A stretch of DNA of 63,983 bases, counting the filler, from Octopus bimaculoides (Eukaryota), in assembly GCF_001194135.2 (NCBI RefSeq). It is 5 parts of 5 records of this genome, joined end to end, with 100 filler letters (N's around TTAATTAATTAA, not from the genome) between each part and the next. Parts side by side here need not be neighbours in the genome. Positions count along the whole stretch, not along the records: positions 1 to 31,304 come from NC_068984.1; 4 more parts are not named here. One strand, given 5' to 3'. Under the pieces are notes generated by a model. That model was not told the DNA's origin, did not search any database, and saw only the letters and a program-made list of their open reading frames with translations. How positions within the stretch are numbered: the stretch's first letter is position 1; every line of letters begins with the position of its first letter. This document shows, one piece after another, positions 1-14,922 of the stretch. Made by a program: the position numbers and the translations under genes.

Positions 1-192
1 AGTTAATTCTATAATGTTATATATATATATATACATATATATACATATATATATATACATATATATATATATACATATATATATACACATATATATACAT
101 ATATATGTATACATATATATATATACATATACATATATATATACATATATATATACATACATATATATATATACATATATACACATATATAC

Positions 193-261
<69 letters not shown>

Positions 262-316
262 CACGCATACATGGACATATACATACATGTATTTGTGCGT
301 GTGTGTGTGTGTGTGT
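1..316. repeat. (TA)n/(CA)n/(TG)n compound microsatellite
   Basis: Direct reading; source of the spurious YI/CV ORFs. Confidence 0.95.
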
Positions 317-697
317 AATGTTGTTTTATATATATATAACAAATAAGTGAAAAACTACAGAATTCACAAAGAATCGTTGAGATTATTTATATTAAATCTT
401 CGACGAACCTGTACCGTATTCCCTGAGCTTTGCGTTTTCCTAATCTTTGAGACGTCTTATAGGACATTGTAATGCTTCTATGTGTAAACTTTCACAAGAC
501 ATGGATTGGTCATTGACCAAGACAGGCCATAATTGTTTCTTATAAAGGTTCGAATCTACAGGAGGAAAGAAAATATTGTTTCAAAATAAAGACAAGTCCT
601 GCTAAAAATTAGGGAAATTCTCCCGATCGCATCAAAAGAAAAAACTGCGAAAATAATTAGTGAACATATTAATTAGCACATATACTAATTACCGATG

Positions 698-1080
698 CTC
701 TCTTTACTTGCTTCAGTCATTTGACTGCGGCCATGCTGGACCACCGCATTTAGTCGAGTAAATCGACCCCATGACTTATTCTTTGTAAGCCTAGTACTTA
801 TTCTATGGTTTTCTTTTGCCGAACCACTAAGTTACGGGGACGTAAACACACCAGCATTGGTTGTCAAGCGTAGTTGTGCGGGGGACGAACACAGACATAT
901 ACACACACATACATACATAAATATACATATATACGACGGGTTTCTTTCAGTTTGCGTCTACCAAATCCACTGACAAGGCTTTGGTTGGCCCGAGGCTATA
1001 GTAGAAGACACTTGCCCAAGGTGCTACGCAGTGGAATTGAACCCGGAACCATGTGGCTGGTAAGCAAGATACTTACCACA
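698..1080 (-). mobile_element. tRNA-derived SINE family 1 (CORE-like body, internal TA/TG microsatellite)
   Basis: Reverse complement of the copy at 44578-44994: tRNA-like head (tgtggtaag...gggttcagtccc), accttgggcaagtgtcttctactatagc, tail gaaacaagtaaaagag. Confidence 0.9.
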
Positions 1081-1898
1081 ATAGTAACGTTAGGAATAAT
1101 AATTACTTTTATTGCATGCATAGTTTTGTTGGATACATTTTCCTTGGTTTAACTTAAGGGTAGTTTTATTGATCCAGTTTCCTTACTAAACGTTGCTTCA
1201 CATTGTTCGCTTAAGAATACTTTTATCTTTTCATTAAGAGGATGATTGATTTTATTTGTTAGAAACGGATTGCATTTAGGCTACATTTTACGAAATCTCT
1301 GCTAGCCTAGTGCAGTCATATAACTATTCGAAGTTTGTTGGTACCAGAATGTGTTTAATGTTTTGGCTGTTTAAGTTCCGATGCATGAAACTATAAGCAA
1401 AGTACCTCTTTTGCATTCACGACGCAACCAGAGGATTTTTATCGTTCATATATAACAGTAACTGCGTGAAATGCTGTGCAATTTTCCGTTGTGATAAGGT
1501 TGTGTTGCATCGTGTATTTGTCGGATAAAATGCTTACCGGAATTTCGTCCGAGGTCCTGTCGATTCTGCCAGTTCGCTGCCTTAAAACATTCTTAATATT
1601 GCAGATTCATTTTAGATAAAATCTTGTTTCGTTAAACGTGTGAATGACTACAACAGATGTCTGTTTGATGAATGTACGTTAGTTTTTTGTTGCACGATGA
1701 CAACTCAAATACAGAATTCATGTGGCTAGTATAAGGCAATGAAATATTTAGGACACTCACAATATCTGGGACAAAAGTAACTTTCATTAAGCAATTTTTT
1801 ACCGCATTTTGACTGAACGTTAAAACGCACAATTAAGAGCGTACAAATTCAGCCGACATATATGTCTGCATTTGCGTATGTATGAATTTCCCTCAGTT

Positions 1899-2014
<116 letters not shown>

Positions 2015-2474
2015 TGCGCGTGTGCGTGTTAGCGTGCGTGTGTTATGTCAAAGAAAACAACTGACATTCTATGTCACTCAGTCTTTCGGCCGTTGTGTGT
2101 AGGTTTCTCTAAGAAGTCAGTGCGTGCAATCCCAGCAGGGAGTTCCGATTATAAAAGTCCTCATCAGGTATCAATTCAGGTTTATATAGGGTTTCTGGTC
2201 CGGAAAAATATTTTTGTGGTGCAGATTTTACAGGATGACAGTATGTCGTGTGGGGACACTTGCCAGGAGAGAGAATTTTATTGACGCATTCGTAGCTACG
2301 CTACTGGTTCTATATTCGTATTGGTCATCACTAAGGATGTGGAGCGAAGATTTGTTCTGGATATATTTTGTACTAGATATCAAATTCGCATTCAAACTAT
2401 CTGACGGCTAGCATCACGCTTCAAACCCAAGAGTAACAACGAATTTGAATATAGAATTATATATATGTAAGCTT

Positions 2475-2545
<71 letters not shown>

Positions 2546-5500
2546 TGTGTCTGTGTCTGTGTCTGTGTCTGTGTCTGTGTGTGAATTCAGAGAGAACAAC
2601 TTTTACTGTAGATATCTCTCGAATTAACGGTTATCTAGTTATATATAGTTTTGAAGAGACGTTTTTCGTTTTAGCGTAAGATTTCCAGGCCTTGTGTTTA
2701 TAACTGCATTATTCCTGAATACATTTTCATATATTCAAGACCTTCATCATATTATTCTTAATATCAAGTGATGTTGCTGTGTGTTACTACTTTTATTTTG
2801 TCGTGGTTGTGATTGCATTGGATTCCTTCGTTCACACCGACATTTACATCGTTTTTATTATCTCTTATGCGTCATCAACCAGACATATTTTCGTTTGTGG
2901 TTGAAGTCAATTACACACCTACTGATGTTAGCAATGTGCCATGTTATCAACATTGCGCCTATCATTCATCTATTTTTTGCATGGAATCTTACAGAATGTG
3001 GTTTTGTTGTTCGCTAGTGTTTTCGTATCTTGTTCGGTTTTGTTTTATTTATTGTACACCATTACATTTTCTGCTTTGTAAGTTCAAAGGAGGCAGTGAG
3101 TAACTTAATTACATGACCAATGTATCATTAGAAGTTTTCATGACTACAGCTTTCAGTTTTGACACCAAGTGTATAAATCAAATTAGTAATTAATACCTTG
3201 TTGTTCAAGTGTGTAAAAGCTTCAGATCTTAGTGATAAGAGTTTTTTTTTTTGTTCGTAATTTTTATAATAGTAAATTTTTAATCTGACAGTAAGAAGAT
3301 GAATATATAGAATCGTTTCCACAAACAAAAGAAGAGATAACAACATTCCCAGAATAAAACGAATACTAATCGTCTACGAGTATTAAAAAACAATGACAAA
3401 CTAATCCATATGACAATAAAAATACAAATGAAACCTACCAATTTCAAAAGACACTACACCTATTAAAAATACAGGTAAAATGCATTATGAATCAAATATG
3501 ATTAAGTATAGAAAAAGAACATTAAAAAAATCAAAGCAGAACAAAAAATACATTAAATTATTCCAACAGTTTATAGAAGCTGCTACCATACTTTATTGAC
3601 TATACCAAAAATATATTTCAATGGTGAAATGCTTATAACACGGAGCAATGTTAAAATAAATAAATAAAAAAAATAGTGATAAGATATAAAAAGAATATGG
3701 CGGAGAATAAATCTGTGAAAGGTTGCTAAAACTGATGGAAATGTCTACAGAAATCATATTAAGTATACAGTTCCTCTGATATATATATTGTGTTTTTTAA
3801 CATAGCACGTCTATAACAGATTTTATTTCGTATAGAATTGCTATAAGAAAAAATCGCAGTAATTTACCTGTCAGCAATAAATGCATGATTTAACTTGATG
3901 TGGCTTTATCTGGCCTGGTGTGTGTCAGTTGTAGATTATCAGTGAGTGTATGAGTATTGTTTCCTATATATATGAGACGATAAATCCCGTGTAAGCATTT
4001 GACGGAGATACACACGTCATTGATAAGATCTAGAAGCGTGACTTGCATATAGCGTATTAGCTATATTTCGAATAAAGATGACTATTTATTTGTTAAATTT
4101 TATGCTATAGACAATTTGTTCGCTTATATAACAAATATGAAGCGGAGTATAGCTGAAAATCAACTGCAATCTATATTTCACACTCGCATAAAGATCTTTA
4201 TCCCCATTGATGGTGGACATGGAGAAATTTAACAAACTCAACAACACGTCAATTTCAATTATTAAAAATTATTTCATTTCTATTTGATTTCAGTTCTATT
4301 CACAGATTCATTCTGCAATTCTACAAAGTTATTCAAATTTTAAATTACGTAAGAATATTTATACGATGAAACTATTTTTTATTCCCATATTGACTGAATG
4401 GTAGTAGTCAGATGCCATCCCTAGGGTTCCGTATAGAAGATAACGTTTTTTCAAATAGTGCCCCTTTGGAATATAATGAAATTTCTGTGCGAGAACAATA
4501 TTACTCTTGTGTTAGATGCTTTAAATGCATTTCCTTCCATTCAATATTTCAGAAAATTCTGTGAAAAATAGCAGACGTGGTGAATATGTATTTCAATGCC
4601 TTATATAGAGTTTTATATAATGTGATCAATATTTGTTATAATATATAACAATTATTTACGGGAAATAAGCAAATGTGAGAGGTGAGTCCTAACGACTAGG
4701 GTATCGATTTTCAGATAACATTGCTTATTTGCTAAATATTTTATCAACTTTAAAGTGTCAAGGTATACAGGGCCGCCTTGAAATTTACTGACACGTTATA
4801 TTTCTAAGGTTTACTTTCTTGTCCATTTTCATATATTTCTACTAAATACGAAATACGCCTAATATTTTGTCAAAGATTAAACACACACGTCAAGGATTAA
4901 ACACACACACTGAAATAAACAATAAGTGAGTTTTGGAATGGTTGTCTTTTAAGTAGTTCATATTTGTCCAAAAAGACCAGCTGTTTATTGATTTCAGGGA
5001 ATATGGAGAAATACCAGATATGCATTCAAGAATCAGACAAAGAACAAAAAATTCTGATTGGTTGGTTAATGACTGGTCAGTCCAGAACTGTCTAACTGTT
5101 TATTAGTTTCAATACACTGCTGGTTTCATCCGGGGAAAGTCATTAAACGGTTAATTAGTTTTTGCTAATACATTTCAATGTTTAAGGGTGCATTTAAGCG
5201 TGTGTGTGCGTGTGTTTTTGTATGGGTGTGTGGTGTTGTTTAATTTTTTTTCAATAATTTATTGTAGTGACAACAGTAAGAACATCAACATTACTATCCG
5301 GTGGTGAGTTGCTTTGGTCCTTTTGGGAATGTTATTTTAAAGTAATATTTTCTGTGCTTCGATAGAGTTGTTATGCACATCACTTTCAAGTTTTTTTTAA
5401 CCAAATGTTTTATCACTTTTTCTGTTAGTTTGAATAATCCTTTGAAGATTTATGCAATGTGAAAATCTCAAATTATTTCTCTTTTCCTTCTTTTTTTTTT

Positions 5501-7464
5501 TGAGGGGGGTGGTTTCTACATAGTTATTGATGTTCGCACAGTGGGTAGCCAGCCCCGTAATTCTGCTTGTGTAATCTGCTGCTTATGTGTTCTTGCTCAT
5601 TTACAATTGAAATTACAATCTGACCAACGTAATTTTCTTTGAAGGTGAGGCAAGGTATACAATAGAATAAATAGATTTCCTGTTTTGCAGTTCATATTTC
5701 ATTTGGAAAGAGTATTAGACTTCACATATGATTTGGCTCCAGTTCCTAATTGTTTGAATGAGATGTAATCAAACGGAACAGAATAATGAAGAGAGCTTCA
5801 AACAAAATGTCTACAGGAACATGTCACAGGAGCAGACTTTACGCCAGAGAAAAAGTCTAAACTTTTATGGAAAAATTCAGAGTTATGCCCTGGCATCACT
5901 TCTACCCTTATGTGATGTTTCTATAGATATTTTGTTTCAAGTTTCTTCTCCATTATTCAATTCCATTTGATCGCACCTCTTATTTCGGGGTTTCGACATA
6001 GGACAGCTAGGTTTGCTTTGATGGAGATGAATATGTTTCTCACCTCAGGATCATGAGTGTTGTCATACGAAACGTTTTTTTCTTTGATGCTCAATCGCTT
6101 TGCTTTTTCAACCACTTTGTCAATAAATTTCAAAGGATATTCATATATAAAATGTGTACACCACTATACACCACTACACACACTTCATACGCATACACAC
6201 ACACACATGATCACTTTTCCATCGTTGCTGCTGTTGTCGACGTCGTTCCCACCATCAATGTGGTGAAATTCCAATTTATGCAGACAGTATTTCCGCTACT
6301 TCTATTAGTGAAGTTCTTAAATCGTAATATAATTATTTTCACGTTGGGAGGAATATTTTTAATTTTCAATCAAATTTTAGTTTTTTACAAAATTTCAATC
6401 CAAGTTTTAATTTCTTTGTTCAGCTTCATTTCATTTTGAATGAAAATTACGTAAAAATAGTCGGAGAAAATTAAATAATAATGCGAATGTCAAGTCATAT
6501 TTTTCAAATAGTTTTTACATGGTGTACGCTTGTAATATTATAGATTATAAACTTTGAAAAGTTATACTTCTGGAGCGATGCGTTGCTTTATCTAAATTTG
6601 TATTTCAGTTTTCTAATAATTTACAACTTTTCCAACGTTTGAGATTTTTGTTATGTATACTATTATTATAAAGAAGTTTTTTATTAATTAGTTATGATTA
6701 GGTAACTTTTATTAAAGTCAGCAATAATCAAAGTCTACACTGTCTAGGATGTTCTAAAAAATTCCAGTTGTAAAGTATTTTTATCAATATATGGTTCGCA
6801 AATTTGATTTATTATTGAAGATTTCAACTACATGTTGCAATCAGGCAACGTAGTCTAAATCATTGTAAAATAATCGGTCAAATTTAACTTCCTGTTCCGT
6901 TCTTTGTCTCTTGTCTTCCTTACACATACTTTATTTGTATCTTTTTCCTCTTTCTTTCCATCTCTTCTTTGTTTAACGCTTCTATTCTTGTTGCTTTTTC
7001 AATTTCCATATTATAGCAGTTATTCTTTCATTTTAGCCCCCAATCTTTTCTTCTGCTTTTCGCTGTTTCATCCCCTCCCTCTCACATATTTCGTTTGTAT
7101 CTCTTCTCCTGTTATTTTATTTAATACATTTGTCTCTTGGTCTTTCGCTTTTCTCTTCCTTTCTTTTTTTCTCCTCTCTTCGTTTGCCTATCTCTCTATC
7201 TCTATCTCTCATGGTCGAAGTGAGAGAATTACGAAAGTTACTCAAATTATATATCCCTTGATGTTTCAAAATACAATAGCTTCAAAGAGAAGCTTAGTAA
7301 GATATATTGTCCCTAGTGTAGGAATTGTGATTGTGGTGTAGCTTAGAATGCTTGGAGCTATAAGCTGAGTACGAGACTTAACATATAAATAGTGTTTCAA
7401 ATAGAGTAACTAGAAATACTTATTGCAGAAATCTAAGAAAGAGACGGGAAATGGTGGACAGAAT

Positions 7465-7530
7465 TGGCTATATGTACAAAATGGCTATATGTACAAAATG
7501 GCTATATGTACAAAATGGCTATATCTACAA
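7465..7530. repeat. 17-bp minisatellite (tggctatatgtacaaaa) x4
   Basis: Three perfect units and one degenerate unit read directly. Confidence 0.9.
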
Positions 7531-9111
7531 ATCCAATTTAAGCAGTAAGTATGATTACAGAGTATAACTTAGACTGGGTTTTTTTTTCTCACTGAGGGTC
7601 TCGAAAAATCGATAAAGTAGTTACCAATATTCTAAAAGGATGTGTTTAATCGCCTAGACATTCTTATCAACTAAAAAATAATTTCTCAATGTTGAAAATA
7701 ACATTATCATTCACTGCTTTGTTAAAAATATGAAAGTTTTACTTCATCATTTCCTCTTACGCAAGAACTCGGTATTTGCCAAAATCATTCTTTGCTGAAA
7801 AAATAAAGTTGTAGATATAATTATTTCCTGTAAAAATCCAAGGAAATCATGAAAATGATATACAGCAAAAAGCTTGGTATACATAAAAAGATATTCATGT
7901 AAATATCATTGCAAGTATATGTATTTAGAAATTCCGTGAATATATGTAAAATGTTCATGACGGAATTAGTAAACAAAAAATGAATGAAAATGAAACGACG
8001 ACCGGGAGGCAGAACATATTTTCGAGAAAAATACTTCATTAAAGTATTAAAAAGAAACGAGGATGAAAGTAAAAGTTTCATAGCTAGAATGTGATGGTAC
8101 TAAACCACTGAACAATGCATACCTGAGGAAGATAATATATTTCAGCATTAATAAATGCTAGTTTAAAAGTAAACAAACTGAGATATATTTTAAACTCCAG
8201 ACAACACAAAAACGGTTATATAAACATAGACACATAAGATAGCAAACACGTGTGGGTTGTGATATTCACATCAAGTAATAAACTGTTGATTGTCGATAAC
8301 TTTATAGTCAGCGTTAATCTGGTTACAGATGTCCAATATGTATTGTTTATTTATACGTAGGTTATCGAATGTTCTATGAAAACATTAAAGCGAAACTGTA
8401 GCTTCTGTATCCTAGCAACTGTGAAGAGTTTTTAGCTATTTATATGCCCCCTAATATTTATATGTAACTGTTGAGTACAGCAGCATATTCAAAATATCGC
8501 AATATATTAGAATTCAATAGATCACAGTTCATACGCTGAAAAGCATTTGTCTTAATGTCTAATCGGTTAGGTTTCCAGTGAACGTAAAACCTTTTAGAAT
8601 CGCGTTTATTTATATATTATTTTTCAGGATAGGTGGCTTCATAACGAGGGCAAGAATTATGGAGCTCTGTGTTTGGTTCTTCTTTGTGTAGAATCCATAT
8701 CAACTGAATCTAATCGCGTTGGTGACAGAATCATTTTCATGAAGAGTAGTTCTATAAGATTGTTGTCATTTTTCACCAAGCTTTTCGTAAAACAAAAACA
8801 AATAAATCCCTTCCCGTATATATGTATGTTTCTCTCTCTCCCACCCTATATATATATATATATATATATNNNNNNNNNNNNNNNNNNNNNNNNNNNNNNN
8901 NNNNNNNNNNNNNNNNNNNNNNNNNNNNNNNNNNNNNNNNNNNNNNNNNNNNNNNNNNNNNNNNNNNNNNNNNNNNNNNNNNNNNNNNNNNNNNNNNNNN
9001 NNNNNNNNNNNNNNNNNNNNNNNNNNNNNNNNNGCTTTGGTCAGCGCGAGGCTATAGTAGAAAACACTTGCCCAAGGTGCCACGCAGTGGAACTGAACAA
9101 GAAACCATGTG

Positions 9112-9158
<47 letters not shown>

Positions 9159-9711
9159 TATAACCAGGCATGTGGCATATTTGTTTATAAACTATGTAGG
9201 CTTATATATTGAGAGGTATCTTCACTTTAAAAAAAACTATGAATTATAGTATGCAAATTAGCCGGCCCAGACTTCTAAAACTACTACTTTTAATACGTAT
9301 ATATCCAGACGCACTCTTTCTCAAGGTTTCGTCAAATGATGCAGACACCTCTGATAATAAACCAATAGGAATCGAAAATCGATTAAAGCTGTTTAGTATT
9401 TGTTCAGAGGAGGAGAAATGTAACTTCGATACGTTCACACGTACGCTTATAAACTGTGGCCATTCGTTTTCTGTCACATTACGTATAGTTTCAATATGAT
9501 TAATTTCTTTATAGTTACTGAAAGATTTTGCACCAAAATAGATTTATCTCAAAATTCATGAACAAACTTCTTGTAGAAGATTTTTTATGCAAACTATTTG
9601 TTTTTGTGATCATCGGAAGTGTAGCTCAAAACGACGGAAAAGGCCCAGTATTTATCCAAGGTTTCTAGTTTAATACGTTCGCTGTTTTTAGGTAGAAAGA
9701 TAACGTTCTCA

Positions 9712-10263
9712 GGCGGCACCGACGAAGATGTTAAGACGAGAATAAGTAAGGCAAGGACCGCTTTTCATCTTTTAAAAAAAGTCTGGAGCGCAAGCGTAAT
9801 TTCAATAAAGAACAAAATAAGAATGTTTAACACTAACGTAAAAGCGGTGTTATTGTATGGGGCTGAGACATGGCGAACAACAGTTAAGTCAAATAAGCAA
9901 ATACAATCATTCATCAACAAATGCTTGCATAGTATACTTAAAATTAGATGGCCCGAACACTTGCTATGGCAAAGAACAAATCAAGTTTCGATTAGGGAGC
10001 AAATATTTAAGAAAAAGTGGAAGTGGATTCGTAGCACAATTAGAAAAGACACCAAATGTAGCGAAAAGTGCTTTACAGTGGATTCCGGATGGATATAGAA
10101 AGGTAGGCCTAAGAACTCGTGGCGTAGATCAACACAAAAGGAACTAGAGAAAGGGGGGCATTCATGGCAGAGTATAAGTACAGAAGCGAAAAATTATGCA
10201 ACATGGAATTCAATTATAAGTGGCCTATACTCCGCGTTGGAGAGTTAAAGGCAAAAAAAAAAA
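9712..10263 (+). mobile_element. 5'-truncated, frameshifted RTE-clade LINE (C-terminal RT region)
   Basis: GGTDEDVKTRISKARTAF..., MFNTNVKAVLLYGAETWRTT, ILKIRWP, ALQWIPDG; stop at 10246-10248 followed by an A-rich tail. Confidence 0.88.
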
Positions 10264-10794
10264 TCCAAGGAAGAATCGCTCTATAACCTGATGTTAATTT
10301 GAACATAAACATTGTACAGAGGTTCTGTATATAAACTGTGTTGTAGTTTGGTTGAAAAATTACTAGTTGGAGTTAGAAACAACAGGATGCTAATTTGATC
10401 CAGGCTGTTGCGAAGAGTAATAAAATATGAAGATTAAGGAGTCCACAGTATAGAGTATAACATTTAGGAACAAATCATGAGCTAACCAGCGAGTGTGATC
10501 TTCTCTACATAGTTTTCGTTTTACCAAATCCAATAATGAAGTCTCATAGTGTGTTATTTAACCAGTCACTGCCTAATGGTTTCTCAGTAAATATAATTTG
10601 ATAGTATTACTTTTACTGTAGCGTGTAGTATATTTTGAGGCCAGTTTCATAAATCCATCGAAGTCGTGTAGTTGTGCATTAGTCTATATATAAGTAAAAT
10701 TAACAGAATATATCAATACTGACACATATCAAAAAAGAAATTATTTGCTTCCGTGCATTGAAAGAAGTGAATATATTTCATATCTAAGACCAGG

Positions 10795-11150
10795 AGCTGG
10801 CATAGACGTTAGCACGCCGGGTGAAATGCTTACCGGTATTTCGTCTGTCTTAATGCTCAGAGTTCAAATTCCTCGGAGGTCGACTTTGATTTTTATCTTT
10901 TCGGGGTCGATAAATTAAGTACCAGTTTCGTACTGGGGTCGATCTAATCCATTGGCCCCCTCCCCCAAAATTTCGAACCTTGTGCCCAGATTAGAAAAGA
11001 ATGTTCTAGGTTCAAATTCCGCTGAGTTCGACTTTGCCTTTCATCCTTTCGGGATCGATAAATTAAGTACCAGTTATGAACTGAGGTCGATCTAATCGAC
11101 TGGCCACCTCCCCAAAAATTTCGGGCCTTATGCCTAGATTAGAAAATAAT
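10795..11150 (+). mobile_element. tRNA-derived SINE family 2, tandem dimer (second unit starts at the B box)
   Basis: gagctggca...gttcaaattcc...gtcgactttgcctttcatcctttcggggtcgataaattaagtaccag occurs twice. Confidence 0.85.
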
Positions 11151-11459
11151 ATATTTTATATCTACGCCACTCATTACTACACCTTATCCGAATATTAGAA
11201 TTAAGTTGTAAAATTATACACACTCGTTTTCTTTGGCGGCAGAATGACTTACAGCTTTGTAAGATTCCCTACAATATTATATATTCCTTTATTTTGTATT
11301 AAAATATGTTGGAGTCGTATATTTCGTAGGTAAAATATTAAAGATTGGTTCGTAGTGTTCAATGGTCTATTACATATCGGACTTTATAAAAACAAAATGT
11401 ATGCGTGTGGGAGAGTCTGTTTGTGTGTGTGAGTATTTATATATATAAATATTGTTTTC

Positions 11460-11665
11460 TACGCTAGGCAGGAGGCCCGAAATTATGGGGTAGAGGACAG
11501 TCGATTAGATCTGCTCCAGTACGAAACTGATACTTAATTTATCGACCCCTAAAGGATGAAAGGCAAAGTCGACCTCGGTAGAATTTTAACTCAAAACGTA
11601 AAGATAGACGAAATACCACAAAGCATTTCGTCCGTCGCGCTAACGTTTCTGCCAGCTCGCCACCT
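11460..11665 (-). mobile_element. SINE family 2 copy
   Basis: aatttatcgacccctaaaggatgaaaggcaaagtcgacctc...ttctgccagctcgccacc is the reverse complement of the family 2 consensus. Confidence 0.85.
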
Positions 11666-11685
11666 TAAAATATGTGCGCGCGCGC

Positions 11686-11716
<31 letters not shown>

Positions 11717-11766
11717 CATGTGTGTGTGTGTACTAAAGCATGCAAGACATTATATGCAATTGTATA

Positions 11767-11990
11767 CAGTAATCCCTTGACTATCGCGGTTGTTTCGTTC
11801 CATCCACCCACCGAGATAGGTTAAAATGTGCGAAATAGAAACAGTACTATACCGTATGTTTTTTTTTTACTATTTTTATAATTTGTATATGTTTATTTTA
11901 TAATAATTGCAAAACAACACAACGGAGGATTCGACAGACGCTTAAATAATAAAGACGAAGGGTAAACCGCGATACAGCGAAGGATTCGTG
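11767..11990. mobile_element. pogo/Tigger-like MITE
   Basis: TA|cagtaatcccttgactatcgcgg ... ccgcgatacagcgaaggattcgtg|TA: imperfect 23-bp TIRs with TA duplication, typical of Tigger ends. Confidence 0.6.
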
Positions 11991-12378
11991 TATATTTATA
12001 CATATAACCCTAGGCGTGAATGTGCGCGTATATTTGTGTCTGTCTGTCTGCGATCGCGCGCGCAAAATTGAGATAACCATCCATTCAAAAGACGAGACAG
12101 GGTTAGAAATCTGAAATTAAAAACTACTAATGACAAGATACATTTTGAATTTTTTTTCGATCTATTACGAAGATTTTGTAAATTTTAGTTGGCAGTAATC
12201 ATGTTGAACAATTTTTCGAACTTTCTAAAACCGACAATATGATATAACCTGTAACATATTAATTAAATATTTTACGAATTGAGACATTTCATTAAAACTA
12301 AATATTGAATTAATTGCTGTATGAAATTCATAGAACTTTTACGTTCATATATATATATCTATATATACATGTATATAT

Positions 12379-12426
<48 letters not shown>

Positions 12427-12491
12427 GTACATACATATGTATGTATATATATATACATATATCTGTATGTGCATATATACATATGTGTGTA

Positions 12492-12522
<31 letters not shown>

Positions 12523-12823
12523 GTGTATGTGTATATGTATATATATACTCACACGCACACACGCACATATATATAAATATATATATATGTGTGTGTGTAT
12601 GTGTGTTTGTGTGTGTATGTGCGTGTGTATGTGTGTTTGTGTGTGTATGTGTGTGTGTTTGCACCACCATCGCTTAACAACCAGTGTTTGTTTGCTTACG
12701 TCCCCTTAGCGAAAGAGACCGATACAATAAGTACTGGGCTTAAAAGATGGCGTTGATTTCTCCGACTAAACGCAGTGCTGCAGCATAGCCGCATGCAAAT
12801 GACCGAAACAAGTAAATGAATAA

Positions 12824-12955
<132 letters not shown>

Positions 12956-13704
12956 TAAATATTTGACATAGATTCTTGTAAATTATTGGAAAAATTATTT
13001 ATAAGAGTAATAAGCTAACATTTTTTATCTTGAAATCATATAAGTCTCTACTTGCAATAAATATGTAAACAGATGTGTAGTGACTGGCATTCGATTATCT
13101 GAAACAGTTTAGTACTAAGAGGTATTTCAATGGTAAATTCCAGTCAATAAATCAACTCGATAATGTTCTAAGCCAAGTGTATTGAATATCGTTCGACTTT
13201 AACAAAAGGTTATAAGAAATTACTTTGAATAAAAACGGTACACAATGCCGACAAGAAGAGAATAATAAAATAATATTACAACATAAAATTAACGAACATG
13301 CGACAATGCGTATCGAATATATATATATATATATANNNNNNNNNNNNNNNNNNNNNNNNNNNNNNNNNNNNNNNNNNNNNNNNNNNNNNNNNNNNNNNNN
13401 NNNNNNNNNNNNNNNNNNNNNNNNNNNNNNNNNNNNNNNNNNNNNNNNNNNNNNNNNNNNNNNNNNNNNNNNNNNNNNNNNNNNNNNNNNNNNNNNNNNN
13501 NNNNNNNNNNNNNNNNNNNNNNNNNNNNNNNNNNNNNNNNNNNNNNNNNNNNNNNNNNNNNNNNNNNNNNNNNNNNNNNNNNNNNNNNNNNNNNNNNNNN
13601 NNNNNNNACATGCATGCATACATATATATATACACATATGTATATATATATTTATATAACCCACACATTTCTCTCTCTCTCTCATTCATTCTCTCCTCTT
13701 CCTC

Positions 13705-13753
<49 letters not shown>

Positions 13754-14189
13754 TAGAAACGGACTGTTGAAAACCGGGGCGGATAACACACTATTCAAAG
13801 GAATTTAGACGAAAATCTGGAAATAGTGGTTTTCTATTGACTTACATGTAACCTTTTAGCAAGGAAATATTCCTGATAAGCTGACAAATATCCCTGATAT
13901 GCTAAACAATATGACCGCCATATATGATATGAGAAAGGCCAGTATTGTAGGGGAAGGCATTTAGTGTTTTCATTCTGATGAATGTAATATTTCCTCAGAA
14001 AGGATAACTTGTACAGTACAGCTTTAAATATGAGTGCATCTGAATTTTGATAATTAAGAAACAGACGCAGCCATGGATACGGAACCAGGTGGATTCAGGT
14101 TCAGTCCCACTGTGTGGCACCATGGGCATGTGTCTTAAAACGAATGTCCTAAATGCTCTCGAAATATAATTGCTGGGTTTAACTTCAAA

Positions 14190-14405
14190 ATCGTTAGCAC
14201 GTCGGGCAAAATACTTAGCAGTATTTTGTCTGTTTTTACGTTCTGAGTTCAAATTTCGCCGAGGTCGACTTTACATTTCATCCTTTCGGGGTCGATTAAA
14301 TAAGTACCAGCTACGCACTTGAGTCGATGAAATCGACTTAATCTGTTTTGTCTATCCTTGTTTGTCCCCTATGTGTTTAGCCCCTTGTGGGCAATAAAGA
14401 AATAG
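14190..14405 (+). mobile_element. SINE family 2 copy
   Basis: Head, B box, tcatcctttcggggtcgat core and gggcaataaagaaata tail. Confidence 0.85.
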
Positions 14406-14570
14406 TTATTACAATTTATACGACTCGATGCAAGCAGTAACTAGCCTCTCCTGACTCCATTTAGGCCGATACTCTGACAAGTGTGCGCGCGTGTGTGTGG
14501 GGGAGCGTTCGTGTGGGGGGGCGAGCGTTTGTGTGTGTGTGTGCATGCGTGCGTGCGTGTGTGACTTTTT

Positions 14571-14922
14571 CTTTTATTTCTTTCACTAATTAAATCGTGG
14601 CCATGCTGGGGCACCGCCTAGAGGAACTTTTAGTCGAATGTATCGACCCCAGTAACGCAAAGGTACGAGGATATAAACACCCCAGCACCGGTTGTCAGGC
14701 AGTGGCGGGGGACAAACTCAGACACAAAGACACACACACACAAATATGTATATCCATGTATATATGTTTGTATGTATGTATACGTATATACAGTACGTCT
14801 TTATCAGTTTCCGTTCACTCATTCCACTTACAAAGCTTTGCCCATGATGCAATTCATTGGGACTGAACCCGGAAACATGTGGCTGCAAAGCAAGCTTCTT
14901 ACCACACAGTCATTCCTGCGCC
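14571..14922 (-). mobile_element. SINE family 1 copy (diverged)
   Basis: ggccatgctggggcaccgcc...actgaacccggaaacatgtgg...cttaccacacag. Confidence 0.85.

Noticed and set aside
9-350. Many ORFs of YI/CV/HT dipeptide repeats here and at about 1.9, 2.5, 12.3, 27.5, 34, 35.5, 40.6, 57.4 and 59.4 kb
   Set aside because: They are translations of dinucleotide and tetranucleotide microsatellites, which lack stop codons in some frames.
8673-9212. Long ORFs spanning N-runs (also at 13.2, 16, 33, 36.5, 37.8 and 49.5 kb)
   Set aside because: Open only because N codons are not stops.
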